Positions 1-12,146 of a DNA stretch of 64,000 nt are shown here, piece by piece. The position numbers and the translations under genes were made by a program. The notes beneath the pieces are model-generated. The model was not told the origin of the DNA and made no database searches. It saw only the letters and a program-made list of their open reading frames with translations. Within the stretch, counting starts at the first letter, position 1; every line of letters begins with the position of its first letter. The DNA lies in assembly GCA_047495785.1 (NCBI GenBank), contig JBLDXI010000002.1:496001-560000 (forward strand), given 5' to 3'. The DNA is from Lepidodermella squamata. Lineage: Eukaryota > Animalia > Gastrotricha.

Positions 1-2
1 AG

Positions 3-206
3 GATCGAAAAGCTTGGATGCATTACGTGATGGGTGAACTTTCTGAAGTTGGCATTAGGCGGACTTATGCTTTTCGACAAGCGCTACAGCGATGCCCAGA
101 ATTCATACCAGCGAGTCGGGTAATGATTGAAATGCACAGCTCAGTTTTGGAAGAACCGTCACAACCTGAACTTTACCTTCCAATAACAGACGAGGATTCA
201 CTGTAG
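3..206 (+). CDS. Nuclear receptor NR-0, last exon only (gene starts left of the window)
   Basis: DRKAWMHYVMGELSEVGIRRTYAFRQALQRCPEFIPASRVMIEM aligns with the last exons of NR-1 and NR-2. AATAAA at 365-370. The 3'UTR resembles that of NR-1 (about 3110-3240). Confidence 0.9.
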   Translation, partial: DRKAWMHYVMGELSEVGIRRTYAFRQALQRCPEFIPASRVMIEMHSSVLEEPSQPELYLPITDEDSL

Positions 207-1738
207 ACCCATTTTGACATCGGACTTGAATATAACCGGTCCATTTTCCCATTTTTTTCGTCGTTGTCTTCATGTGCCAATTAAACTCTCTGTCTTGTCA
301 TATATCTCCTGATTTTTCCATCCGACAGAATACATTAGTGTCAATAACAATTTGAATGTTACGAAATAAAATTGTCCTTGACTATTTTGAAGTGTCCAGG
401 TAATCGACAATGAGGCATGGTTATGCATCTCGAAATTGTTAGAATTGCAAAATAGTTTAAAATGAGGTTTCAGAACTAAAATTGGGGCGTTCGTTGGTAA
501 TTCCGGCAATTTTCTATTCTTGATCGATGCAAATTTTGAAGCTGTACAACACGAATTTCGCCGTGAATCACAATCATATGAAAACATTGAGAGCTTGCAA
601 TTCGCCCCGCCTCAGATTTCAGACCGGAAACGATGCCGAATTTGCAATCAAAATTATTCAGGCTTGCGCGGTTCAATAAGCACGGAAAATCTGATGATTT
701 ACGAATTTTTAATGTTGATTTACTAGCTTTAAAATGCAATTCTATGTTGATCGGCGAAGCTCGGGCTCTCAATAATTCTAAATTCGGAATCTGCGAATAG
801 TACTGCCAAGCTGATCACAATGCGGGCTCTAAAAGTGTATGAAGCCGCGATTTTTTGTCCAGTTCCTTACTGTTTGTCTACGATTTCGGATTATCTAGGG
901 CCAGAATCTAATAATTTGTTCATGGCCCAAACTAAAAGTGTTCGTTACGCTAATACGATAATAGCTGTTGACTTCTATTTCAAACACAAATTTGAGATGG
1001 CCAATTAGGCTCCAGTAGTTAGCAAAATTGAATTAAGCTAAGGTGATCAGGCGGAAATTACAATGGGCGGATCCAGAGTGGGCGATGAGTGAATAAAAAT
1101 GAAGGTCGCGTGCCCACTTTTTCACGTTTTGGTGTGAATTTATGTACTATAGGAAGATCGCTAGTTTCCGATCTGTATAGAGTTGTCTATGCGGCGGAAC
1201 CGATTACAAATTTTCCCAGCTTTGATCGAACTGAAAACCTGGTTTTTGAGATGGAATTTGAGCCAATTTAGCGCGGTGCCCGATCCCAAAAGATTTTGGA
1301 CCGATACTAAGGATGGATTGATTGGATTGATTATTGCTTCACCTCTCATTTTTCGGATTACCCAATTATCGATCGCTCAAGGTTTTATCATTCTTAGCAT
1401 AATAAACATAGGACCGCGGAACTGGTTAGGATCGCAAGAATGAGCTCACCGTATGTACCGATGGAACTGGTTGGGATGATCCCTAAACGAGGATACATAC
1501 ATATGGAAAGTTGAGCACTATGGCGTAGTGAATTCCAATGCATTAGGTGCGTAAAAGGTTAATTCAGATGTCAAGATCGGCTCCAAATAATAAACTGCGA
1601 CATGACTCGCAAGTCAAGCGCTGATGAACTGGAAAGACACTCGGCGAGGATTTCCAGGATAATTAAATGAGTTTTATCGAGCTTCAGATTAAACTTATAA
1701 GCGGCATTCTCAAACCTACGCTCCGATTTGTTGGCGAG

Positions 1739-2999
1739 ATGAATCAGTCAATTTGCCCGGTTTGTTATCAGCCTTCGTTTCTAAATGCTGGTTCCAAGTT
1801 CCAACAATCTATATATTTTGCAGGTTTGCGCAGCCTTCACCGATGGCAAGAAACGCTGTGGCGCTTTGGTTTGTGAAGCTTGCAAAAGATTCTTTTTGCG
1901 GCTAAGAACTTCCCCGGACTGCCTCGACCACATCGAGTGTCAAAAAACGCGAGCCAGACTCAGCAAAAATGGCTCATTGTTTCGCAACTCCTGCAGAAAA
2001 TGCCGGTTTGAACGCTGTATCGAACTTGGTATGTACATGGAAAGCAGGGATAGGCGCCGATGCGCGAAAACCAAGTCTACTAGCATCTTGGCTTACGTTA
2101 GTGTTGGCCTAGTTCCTATGAAGGAACCAAGTCGTCTCGAGATCGTTGGCAACTCACTAGTCAATCAGGCGATTTTCCTAAGGCAGAAAATCAACAGCCT
2201 GCCGTTCCGAAGGCGCGAGTCGCCGGTAGCTATCGATTCCAGTGATGTTCTACGCATGTGGACTATGAGCATGCAGCACAGTAATCAGGTAGCTGTTTTC
2301 CAGAGTGAGTTTATGAGATGTCTACCCGGCTTCCACGAACTCACTTTATCGGACCGCTGCAAATTGTTCGCAAATGCTTACTCAAAAATTAATTCCGTCA
2401 CAACGTGTTGTGAGGGGGTTGCCTACGCTGCTGGTTTCGGTGCGTCTAGATTGAACTCGGAAATATTCATATCGAAAATTCCAGAAAGTTCGGTAAGCAG
2501 AACTGCTCTGAACCTTGAAAATCAAACAAACTCTTTATTCAAGTACGCATTACTTGAGGCAGATCATCTCGGTCGCATTTTCGAAGCTTGGAATCCGTCG
2601 GATTTCGAAATAGCAATTCTGATTGCCATGCTGTTCTATACAAGTTAGTTACAATCTATTGAACTTCTTTTCTATAATTTCGAATTGTTCTCAGGTCTGC
2701 CGTGTTATGCAATGGAGAATCCCAGTGCTCGAGATCGAGCGCTGCAAGAGGTCGAAAGTCTTCATTTCTGCGCGACTGGCGGCAGCGAGGATCGGAAAGC
2801 TTGGATCCATTACGTCATGGGTGAATTTTCGGAAGTTGGCACAAGACGAACTGTGGTCTTTAGCCAACTGCTGCAACGATGCCCGGAGTTCATACCAGCG
2901 AGTCGAGTTATTAATGAGATGATTAACACAGTTTTGGGGGCGCCGTCTCCGTCTGATTCCGATCGTTACCCTCCTTTCCCAGACGAGGACTCATGCTAG
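1739..2999 (+). CDS. Divergent nuclear hormone receptor NR-1 (~364 aa); exons 1739-1759, 1824-2492, 2544-2643, 2695-2999
   Basis: CP|VC..CEACKRFF and CRKCRFERCIELGM (DBD); FMRCLPGFHELTLSDRCKLF (LBD signature); VINEMI (AF-2-like). GT-AG introns of 64, 51 and 51 nt. Confidence 0.93.
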
Positions 3000-3937
3000 A
3001 GTTGATTTGACAACGAACGCTGAATAATCAGTTCTGTTTCCTTATTTATTATTCTCGGCATATGGCCTCCGTGTCCGTGTACCTTTCAATTTCTCTTCCC
3101 CATAGGACTACCAATCATGTCATGTTTCTCCTGATTTATCCATACGTCAGAAAAAATCATTGTCAATAGTCAATAGCAATTATCCTGTGAAATAAAATGG
3201 AGATAGTTTGTGCTATTTTTGAATTGTCTATAATTCATATATCCATACAGGCTCATTTTGAAATTATTAATAGCCAAAGGTTCCTTAACTAAAATTGACG
3301 CCGCCCCATGTCAAAGACATTTTAGGGATTTGTTAGGGTTTATCCCCGACATATTTAGAGCTATTTAGACCAATGTTGGGGTCTTAATTAGTTAGTCTTC
3401 AAGGTTGGACCCAAATAAGGGTACAACAACCCCAACAACACGAATGCCAGCACATATATACAAGGCCAAGCCTAGAGTCAAAGTCGATCCGAATTCTTCA
3501 ATTCGGTTCGGATGTTTAAATTCGTTAACAGGCGAGCGCCGTTTACTTGTTGATATCAACTTTACGGTTTTTTACAGAACTTCAGGAGGATCCACGGCTC
3601 AGTTCCAAGACGGTTAATTCTAGAAAAATAAGGAATGCTCGATTCTGAAGGCAGAAGTATAACTGAGGCTGCGCAAAGTTCGGTATAGAATCGCATCGAA
3701 TCTAGCGCTACAATGGAGCTTTGTGCTTGACCCGAGCTAAATGCGCTAGTTACGCTGAGACGATAATAGATTTCGACGTCTATTTCAAACGGCGACATCA
3801 ATGATTAACATAATTGAATCTAGTCATGGTGATCTGAAAAATGTGAGCTGTCATGTGAACTATCAGCACTGTCTTCACGTGCAGCCGTGGCAAAGCGGAA
3901 TGCTCTGAATTTTGGACAGCCCTCATAATAACGACTA

Positions 3938-5158
3938 ATGGAAACATCATGCCTGGTAAGTAATTTTTGGTCTTTTTGATGCCTCTAGAGAATATTATTG
4001 TTTTCCCAGGTATGCCTTACCTTCACGGACGGCAGGAAACGTTGCGGCGCTTTGGTTTGCGAGGCCTGCAAAAGATTCTTTCTACGGCTGAGAGCTTCAC
4101 CAGAAAGCATCGAACACATCAACTGCCGAAAATCGAAAGCAAGCCTCAGCAAAAATGGTGCATTCTTCCGCAATTCCTGCCGAAAATGCCGGTTTGAGCA
4201 TTGTATCAAAGTCGGGATGTACTTGCAGAGCAGAGATACGCGAAGAGTAGTCAGATTCAAATCAGCAGCAGCTACGATGCCAGAAATCTTTGTTGGCCAA
4301 GTTTCGATAAATGAGCCTATCCGAGTCGAAGGAATAAGCACCTTATTGGTAAATCGAGCCTTGCATTTGAGACGCCAAATCAACAGCCTGCCATATCGAA
4401 GGCGCGAGACGCCGATAATTCTAGATGACAGCGATGTTCTCCGCATGTGGATTGTGAGCATGCAGCACCATGACCAAGTCGCTGTGTACCAACGAGAATT
4501 TCTAAGCGTTTTGCCAGGCTTCAATGAGCTCACTATTTCGGACAGATGCAAGCTGTTTTCGAATTCCTATTCCAAAATTTCTTCGGTCAATACATGCTGT
4601 GGAGGTGTGGAAACTGCTGCCGGGTTCAATGCTTCCCGGGTAAACGCAGAAATATTCATCGCCAAAGTTCCTGAAGCTGCGGTAGAACCTTTCAAATTTC
4701 CCTTTTCAATTCCAATAATCTTCTTTTTTCAGTACGCGATGCTTGAAGCTGATCATCTTGGCCGCATTTTCGAAGCTTGGATGCCGTCAGATTTCGAAAT
4801 AGCAGTCCTGATTGCGATGATATTCTACACAGGTTTACCTGCTCAGCTGATGGAAAATCCTGGAGCTCGAGACAGAGCCCTTCAACAGATCGAAAATCTT
4901 CACTTCTGCGCAACCGGCGGCAGTAAAGATCGAAAATCTTGGCTCTATTACGTCATGGGAGAATTCTCAGAAGTTGGAACAAGGCGGTCTGTTGCTTTCC
5001 AACGAGTTCTACAACGTTGCCCTGAATTCATACCATCAAGCCGAATAATGATGGAGATGGTTGATACCGTTTTACAACGCTCTTCTTCTACTACTTCATC
5101 CGATTGTGAATACAACTCACCTAGCAGTTGCGATTACTACACGTCAGTTCGGCATTGA
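3938..5158 (+). CDS. Divergent nuclear hormone receptor NR-2 (~371 aa); exons 3938-3955, 4010-4681, 4733-5158
   Basis: METSCL|VCLTFTDGRKRCGALVCEACKRFF; LPGFNELTISDRCKLF; IMMEMV. Introns of 54 and 51 nt; the third intron is absent. Confidence 0.93.
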
Positions 5159-5511
5159 TTTCCAGACATTTTTCATCGAGTTACTAGTCTTCATCTTATT
5201 TGTGTCGTATTCTATAGTATGTATTGTGAAGGAATTCCTTGATAGATAAAGTTGCGACATCAATTCACCGTTGAATGGTAATTCAATAAAAGCCCCCGAA
5301 AATGTTACAGAAATGTGTCTGAAACCATGTGAGTGAAGCATCACCTTAAAATTCAAGACTAATTCTAATTCAGCTGCTGTCACAACAGGCGAGGACACTG
5401 AATTAATGTCATGCGACAGTTTTCCTGAGTTCATTGATTTGGTTTTAAATCTACGGGCGAACACCTTTATCAGGCGCATCCTTTTCACAAAAAGAAACTG
5501 GATAACTTGGA

Positions 5512-6863
5512 ATGAAGCGAGAATGTCAGGTCAGTTTCCAGTTTCAAATAAAATGTTTTCTGGAGCTAGCCAGAGTCAACTAGTCAAAGGGTGGACCAGC
5601 TTGTGAATTTCAACATGATTTTTCACGAAATTTTCAAAAGCCCATGCACCCATCATTTGAATATGATAATGTTTCACAGGAAGTTTCTCAAGCTTTCCCT
5701 GTGTATCTAGATTTGTTTCGCTGCAACAGATGGAAAGCGTCGATGTGGGGCTAGAGCTTGTGAAGCTTGCAAACGATTTTTCCTTCGCCATCGGTCGTGC
5801 CCAGGAATCCTACAACACTCAGATTGCTACCAAGCAAGGTCCACGTACAATAAGGCCGGTTCTTGTTTCCGAAACGCGTGCCGAAAATGCAGGTTCGAGC
5901 GATGTCTAGCAGCTGGGATGCACCTCTACGACCGATGTGCTCGAAAGGCAACCCAATTCCCCCTCAGCGTTGAATCAAACCCATCCTGCAGCGAAGCAAC
6001 TCGGCTTGAGATCGATTTAACTACTTTAGTTTCAAACGCTTTGACAATGAAAACCAGAATGGCAAATCACCCTTTGCGACGAAAAGACTCCCCTGCAATC
6101 ATGGATGGGTCGAGCGCGTTGCGAGCGTGGCACGCTGCTATGGATCATCTTAGCTGCAAGGTCGACTATCAACGAGATTTTGTTAAAGCGCTGCCATGCT
6201 ACAAAGACCTCAGCATCAGCGATCGATGTGGGCTGTTTGCCGTAGCCTTTCCCAAGTTGACTACCATTAGTGGTTGCTGCGAGGGTTCATCTCGATCAGC
6301 TGGTTTCGGAGCGTCCCCGGAAAATGCGGAGATTTTCGTAAAAAATATTCCAGAGTTATCGGTAGTTACTTTTAATTATTTTCCTGTTGTATTTATTAAA
6401 CGACTTTTTCAAAAGTATTTGAACGCTGAAGCTACAAACCTTGGACGCCTTTTTGACTCGTGGAAGCCATCTGACATTGAATTATCTGTTTTGATGGCTA
6501 TTCTATTTTTCAATGGTGAGATTTTTTCTATAAATTGATACCTGATATCCACTCTATCCGATAGGACTACCAGCCCATGAAGTAGAAAGACCCAATGTTA
6601 TCAAAGTTGTTATGAAACACCTCGAACGCTTGCATTTCTGTGCTACTAACGGATCAGCGGATCGAAATGGTTGGCTTTGGTACGTTGTCAATGAATTCAA
6701 TGGCCTGGAACAAAGGATTTACCTTGCTCTGAACTACTTATTGAATCGATGCCCTGAGTTTATCCCATCGAGTGGAATCATCATTGAGTCGATGCAGGCT
6801 GCACTTGGAAACGAAATGCTGCCAATGGGAAGCAACTCGCAAAACCTATCGCTAACCAGATAA
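5512..6863 (+). CDS. Divergent nuclear hormone receptor NR-3 (~355 aa); exons 5512-5529, 5711-6361, 6416-6515, 6565-6863
   Basis: MKRECQ|ICFAATDGKRRCGARACEACKRFF..CRKCRFERCLAAGM; FVKALPCYKDLSISDRCGLF. Intron positions match the paralogs. Confidence 0.92.
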
Positions 6864-7255
6864 AGGAATAATTTTTTTGAGAAAATGAAAAATAAATGCA
6901 TCTTCTTGGCTGATAAGTGCCGCACATGAGTCACTGGGCTCACTGATACGGCGAGCGTATGTCAGGAATTTTCCGAATGAGGAAAAAAGAAATAACTGCC
7001 CAACTTCTCCTTTGTCTGAATTTATCGGTTATTGTTTCATTCTTCCTGACCAATTTAATTGGCGTAGCATTTGAGATGTCACGTATAAATTGTGTATAGC
7101 CCTAAATAGCAACAACAGTTCTATGAAATTCGTCTTGTTGAAGACACTGAATTAGTTCGAGTTTGCATGTGTTCAAAGATCAAGTTTTTAATCTATGAGT
7201 AAGCAGATTTTAGACGCAAACTTTTCTAGATACTAGAATAACTGGATATCATAAA

Positions 7256-8618
7256 ATGAAACGAGAATGCCAGGTCAGTTTCAACTAATTTCTGTTTCCT
7301 TCAGCAACACCAGATTCGAAAGTGCGTTGAGTGAAAGAGGATTGAAACCTATCGCTTAATTTTTGGGGCAGCCTATGAATTTTAACCTATTTTTGCGAAG
7401 GTCTCGAACCTATCATTCGAAGCTACAGTCCAAATCATATTTTCTATGGATTTCCATGTGTATCTAGATTTGTTTTGCTGCCACCGATGGAAAGCGTCGA
7501 TGCGGAGCCAGGGCATGTGAAGCCTGCAAGCGATTTTTCCTTCGACATCGCTCGAGCCCAGGCATCCTACAGCACTCAGATTGCTACCAAGCAAGGTCCT
7601 CGTACAATAAAGCTGGTTCTTGTTTCCGAAACGCGTGTCGAAAATGCCGGTTCGAGCGCTGTCTAGCCGCTGGGATGCACCTCTACGACCGATGTGCTCG
7701 AAAAGAAACTCAGTCCACCGTCAGCGTTGCGTCAGAACCATCATGCGTCGAGGCAACTCAGCTTGAAAATGACTTGGCCTCTTTAGTGTCAAAGGCTTTA
7801 ACGATGACAACTAGAATGGCTAGCCATCCCCTACGACGGAAAGACTCCCCTGCAATTCTAGAAGCCTCGAGCGTGCTACGGTTATGGCACGCTGCTACTG
7901 ACCATTTGAGTTCTAAAGTAGATTATCAACGAGATTTTGTCCGAGGATTGCCTTGCTACGGCTACCTTAGCATCAGCGATCGGTGCAAGCTTTTCGCCGT
8001 AGCCTTCCCCAAGTTGACTCTCATTGCTGCCTGCTGCGAGGGTTCATCCCGATCAGCTGGTTTCTGTACGTCCCCAGCAAATGCGGAGATTTTCGCGAGT
8101 AATATTCCAGAATTATCGGTAACATTTCGCAATATCGTTTTAATTTATCAAGTGAGTTGTTATTAGTATTTGAACGCTGAAGCTGCGAACTTTGGACGCC
8201 TCTTTGATGCATGGAAGCCATCTGATGCCGAATTAGCTCTTTTAATGGCTATTCTTTTCTTCAATGGTCAGATGTTAATTAATACAGCCGTAAATATTTC
8301 AAGACTTGTTCTACTTTAGGATTACCAGGCTATCAAACGGAAGGATCGACAGTGATTAGAAGCGTTATGAAGCACCTGGAACGCTTGCATTTCTACGCTA
8401 CGAGGGGTGCAGAGGATCGAAAAGGTTGGCTGTGGTACGCTGTCAATGAATTCAACGGACTGGAGCATCGGCGATATCTAGCTCTCAACTACTTATTGAA
8501 TCGATGTCCTGAGTTTATCCCTTCAAGCAGAATTATCGTTGAATCGATTCAGGCTGCACTAGGAAACGAGATCCTGCCTATCGAAAATAACTCAAAAAGC
8601 TTATCGCTAATCACATAA
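7256..8618 (+). CDS. Divergent nuclear hormone receptor NR-4 (~355 aa, close paralog of NR-3); exons 7256-7273, 7468-8118, 8167-8266, 8320-8618
   Basis: DBD nearly identical to NR-3, with identical exon lengths (18/651/100/299). Confidence 0.92.
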
Positions 8619-9229
8619 TTCTCTAAAAAGATAAATAAATAAATGGACTTCTCCGTTTTCTTTTGGAAATAAGAGAATTAGACTTTGTTTGACTCTGAAG
8701 TGACGAACATATTTTGATTAATAATTTATTTTCAAAGATACATTTTGCGAGCCTATTAGTTGAATATTTCCAATAAAACATAGAAATTAAAGTCACACAT
8801 CAAAAGTACCACTCTGATTTTATCCGAATGCTGGATCTTCCTGACCTATTTAAGGGATGAGGAATTTACCTCCCAACAAGCTGCCATATTCTATCAAATT
8901 TCTCTCATTTTCCCAGGTATTGTCTCAATCTGGAAATTGAATCTCTTAGCTTCCTCCAATTTCCCTTCTACGAATCCTTCACACACCCTTCGTCACATGC
9001 TGTGAGGTACAAAAATTGCCTGTCTCCATAGCGAACAGCAGGAAGAGCAAACCGCCATCAAGGTGCGAACGGGGTTCACTTAACGAGAGATTTGATTCGA
9101 ATCCAAGAAAAGCTCACATGTTAACGGTATCGTATTTCACGTGGGCAGCTGGGCAGCTTTTCTTTCATCAAATGAATAAAGACTTCGTCGAAAATTCAAA
9201 GCTTGAATTTCTCATTGCTCGAGGTAGTA

Positions 9230-10589
9230 ATGAAAGTGAAAAACACGGTGTGTAAAGTTCTGTGCAAGGTAAGAAATGTTTTAACCTAGTTAGGTATTTG
9301 TGATCTTGAGATATTGTCTAGATTTGTGACGTTCCAACGGATGGGAAAACGCGATGTGGAGTCGAGGCTTGTTTAGCCTGCAAGAGATTCTTTTTACGCC
9401 ACCGATCATCGTCGGAGAATTTATTCCACACCTGCGCCCCGTATCACACGCCAACGCATGTGATCAGCAAAACAGGATCGCTACTTCGCAAGGCCTGTGC
9501 GAAATGTCGATATGAAAAATGTATCGTAGTTGGTATGTTAGAAGCTGCGACTTCATCAGTTGATACTGTAACCGTACCTAGTGACGGCGAATCTTCAAAA
9601 ATGGAGCGAGAGATTGGGGCACTGGCTGAGAGTTCAGTCACCCTGCGGACCCGGTTCTCATCAATGCCAATGCGGAGGCGAGCTTCGTCCGTGTCGCTGG
9701 ATACAACAAGTCACGTGACCGCCTGGAATGCGGTTATGAAGCATGCCGAGAGCATGTTCAATTACCAGAGTGAGTTCGTGAAATGCTTACCTGGATATCG
9801 GGACCTGAGCCTGCCGGACCGGTGTCGATTGTTTGCGAACGCCTTCTCGAAGATTGGGCTGGCGGATGGGTGTTCATACAACCCAGCTGATGCTGCAGCG
9901 TTCAACATGTCCCTGAGTAACGCTAACGCTTTAGAGCAAGTTATCCCTGAATTTGGGGTATTATTTGATTTGTTTGGTATTTTTTGGTAATTTTCACGAT
10001 TTTTCAGTACGCATCAGCGGAAGCAAGGCACATTGGTGCTATATTTGACCAATGGAAACCGACTACACTCGAAATGGGGTTCCTTTTTGCTTTTCTATTT
10101 TTTACTGGTTAGTTTCACAATTTCTAAAATTCTTGTCTTAAATTTACTCATTTTACTATCAAAATTAATATATGCAAATGTATGCATAATTTATGCAAAT
10201 TAGCAAAAATTAGAATTATATTAAAATCTTTGATCAATTGGTATGAGAATTCCTTAAATTAAATTATTATTATTTTTTAAATTATGTTTGCAGCTCAGCC
10301 TCGAGAAGAGCTGGACAATGCATTTGCGGTTGAAACGTCGATTGCGTACTTGGAAAGCATGCATCACCGCTACGTCTGCGGAAGCCAGGAGCGAAAAGAA
10401 TGGATGCAATACGCGATTCGAGAATTCACCGGCGTGGAGCAGCGGCGTGGCTTTGCGGTGCGTGACCTACTACTACGCTGCCCTGAGCTACGCCAATCGA
10501 GTCGTGTGGTTTACGAGGCGGTCGAAGTAATCATCGCGCCGTCATCCGCCCCCAGCTCCCGTCGAGGCAGCGTGATTGATGAAAAATGA
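9230..10589 (+). CDS. Divergent nuclear hormone receptor NR-5 (~356 aa); exons 9230-9268, 9322-9957, 10008-10107, 10294-10589
   Basis: LCK|ICDVPTDGKTRCGVEACLACKRFF..CAKCRYEKCIVVGM; FVKCLPGYRDLSLPDRCRLF; VVYEAV. Confidence 0.9.
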
Positions 10590-10883
10590 TACCTCAAATG
10601 ACTTTTTCAGACATTATTTTCGTCTCCTAGCGTGTAATCGCGTTATTTTCGTTGTAATTTCACTGCTTGGTCAATTATACTTATCATCGTTCTCGCTGAA
10701 AACATTTTCACGCTAAAACTACTAAATGAAAAAGTGTGTCTACGGAATACTGAGTCAGATCCCGTCACTTTCAATTTAATTGCAGGATTCTCACGCTTTT
10801 CATTTTGACTGACAAGAAGTACAGTGCTAATCCCGAAGAAAAAAATACAAGAAAATCGATGAAACGTGCTTTTTTCAAAAGAG

Positions 10884-12146
10884 ATGAGTTTGGTTGTATT
10901 CCAAGCAAACCATGGTTCAAAATTATGCAAGGTTTTTCATTTTACGGCTAATTCGATAATTCTTTATAAAATACTCGTCACAGGTTTGCAAAGTCCCGAT
11001 AGACGGCAAGAAAAGGTGTGGAGCTCTGGTTTGCGAGGCTTGCAAGCGATTTTTTCTCCGCCACCGTCGTTCGGGTCAAAACCTGAAGCACTCATCCATA
11101 AAATGCTTAAGTATCGAGCCTGGGAAAGTTCCCGTTGTAACCGATCGCTCTGCCTGCCCGAAATGCCGATTCGATCGCTGTGTATCGATTGGCATGCACC
11201 TCTACGACCGCCTTGAACGGCAAAATATGCCTGAGAAGGCTGTTCATCACATAGTCCTCGACGATGATGTTCGCATGGAGCGAGATTCTGTATCCTTAGT
11301 AGAAAGGACTATTCTACTACAGCTCGGCATTTCCGGGCTACCATTGCGACGAAAAGATTCGCCTGTTTTCATTTGCGAAAACGATTTGGTGGAAGTTTGG
11401 CCGTTGACTATAGCGCATCTTGCGGGTATTGGCGAATGTCAGCGAGATTTTATCAAAAGACTGCCCGGCTTCAGAGATCTCACTTTATCTGATCGTTGCA
11501 TATTGTTCTCTGGGGCTTATTCCAAGATTCTCATTGCGAACTCTTGCTCTTCGAGTTTTGATGAAGCGACGGGTTTCGGAATGTCACAAGCGAACGCCGA
11601 AACAGCAGTAAAGCTGGTCCCTGAACTTAATGCAAGAAAAGATATAGTTTTCGCTTTTCGTGCCTTTACATTCCTATTTCAGTTTGCTTACATGGAAGCT
11701 CGGTACTTCTGGCGAATTTTCGATCAATGGAAACCAACAAAGCTTGAATTAGCTGTTCTCACTGCTATTTCAGTGTACACAGGTAATCCATTACTCTCAG
11801 CCAACGGATGCTAGAATTTCTTTTTCTAGGCTGTAATGCTGAACAACTTTCGAATCCAAAAGCTGTCGAGGATACTCTAAGGTACCTTCAAGGCTTGAGC
11901 TTCACAGCAAGTTGCGGGGATGAAAAACGACAGTCTTGGATGAATTTTGTCCTCAATGAGTTCAAGGATGTCACAATGAGACGCTATGTTGCGTTTCGAT
12001 CAGTTTTTCAACGATGCCCGGCCTTATTAGCGAGGAGCGAAGGACTTCTCGAAGCGATGATATGGACGAAAACTCTATCCACAACTGCTCAAGAACCTAT
12101 AAATGAACCTTCAATAATCGACCCCGGGCAAGACAAAGCCCTGTAA
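10884..12146 (+). CDS. Divergent nuclear hormone receptor NR-6 (~370 aa); exons 10884-10931, 10984-11631, 11683-11782, 11830-12146
   Basis: LCK|VCKVPIDGKKRCGALVCEACKRFF..CPKCRFDRCVSIGM; FIKRLPGFRDLTLSDRCILF. Intron 2 has a GC donor at the homologous position. Confidence 0.9.

Noticed and set aside
520-726. ORF containing DRKRCRIC, reminiscent of a zinc-finger start
   Set aside because: No second Cys pair, P-box or splice-compatible continuation; at best an unidentifiable relic.
1089-1480. Short ORFs and a repeated GGAACTGGTT(A/G)GGAT motif
   Set aside because: Only two copies, no recognisable protein or element ends.
3322-3340. Two TTAGGG hexamers
   Set aside because: Too few to call an interstitial telomeric repeat.
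3845-9145. E-box-like CACATG/CACGTG motifs upstream of several NR genes
   Set aside because: Short motifs at inconsistent positions; not distinguishable from chance without statistics.
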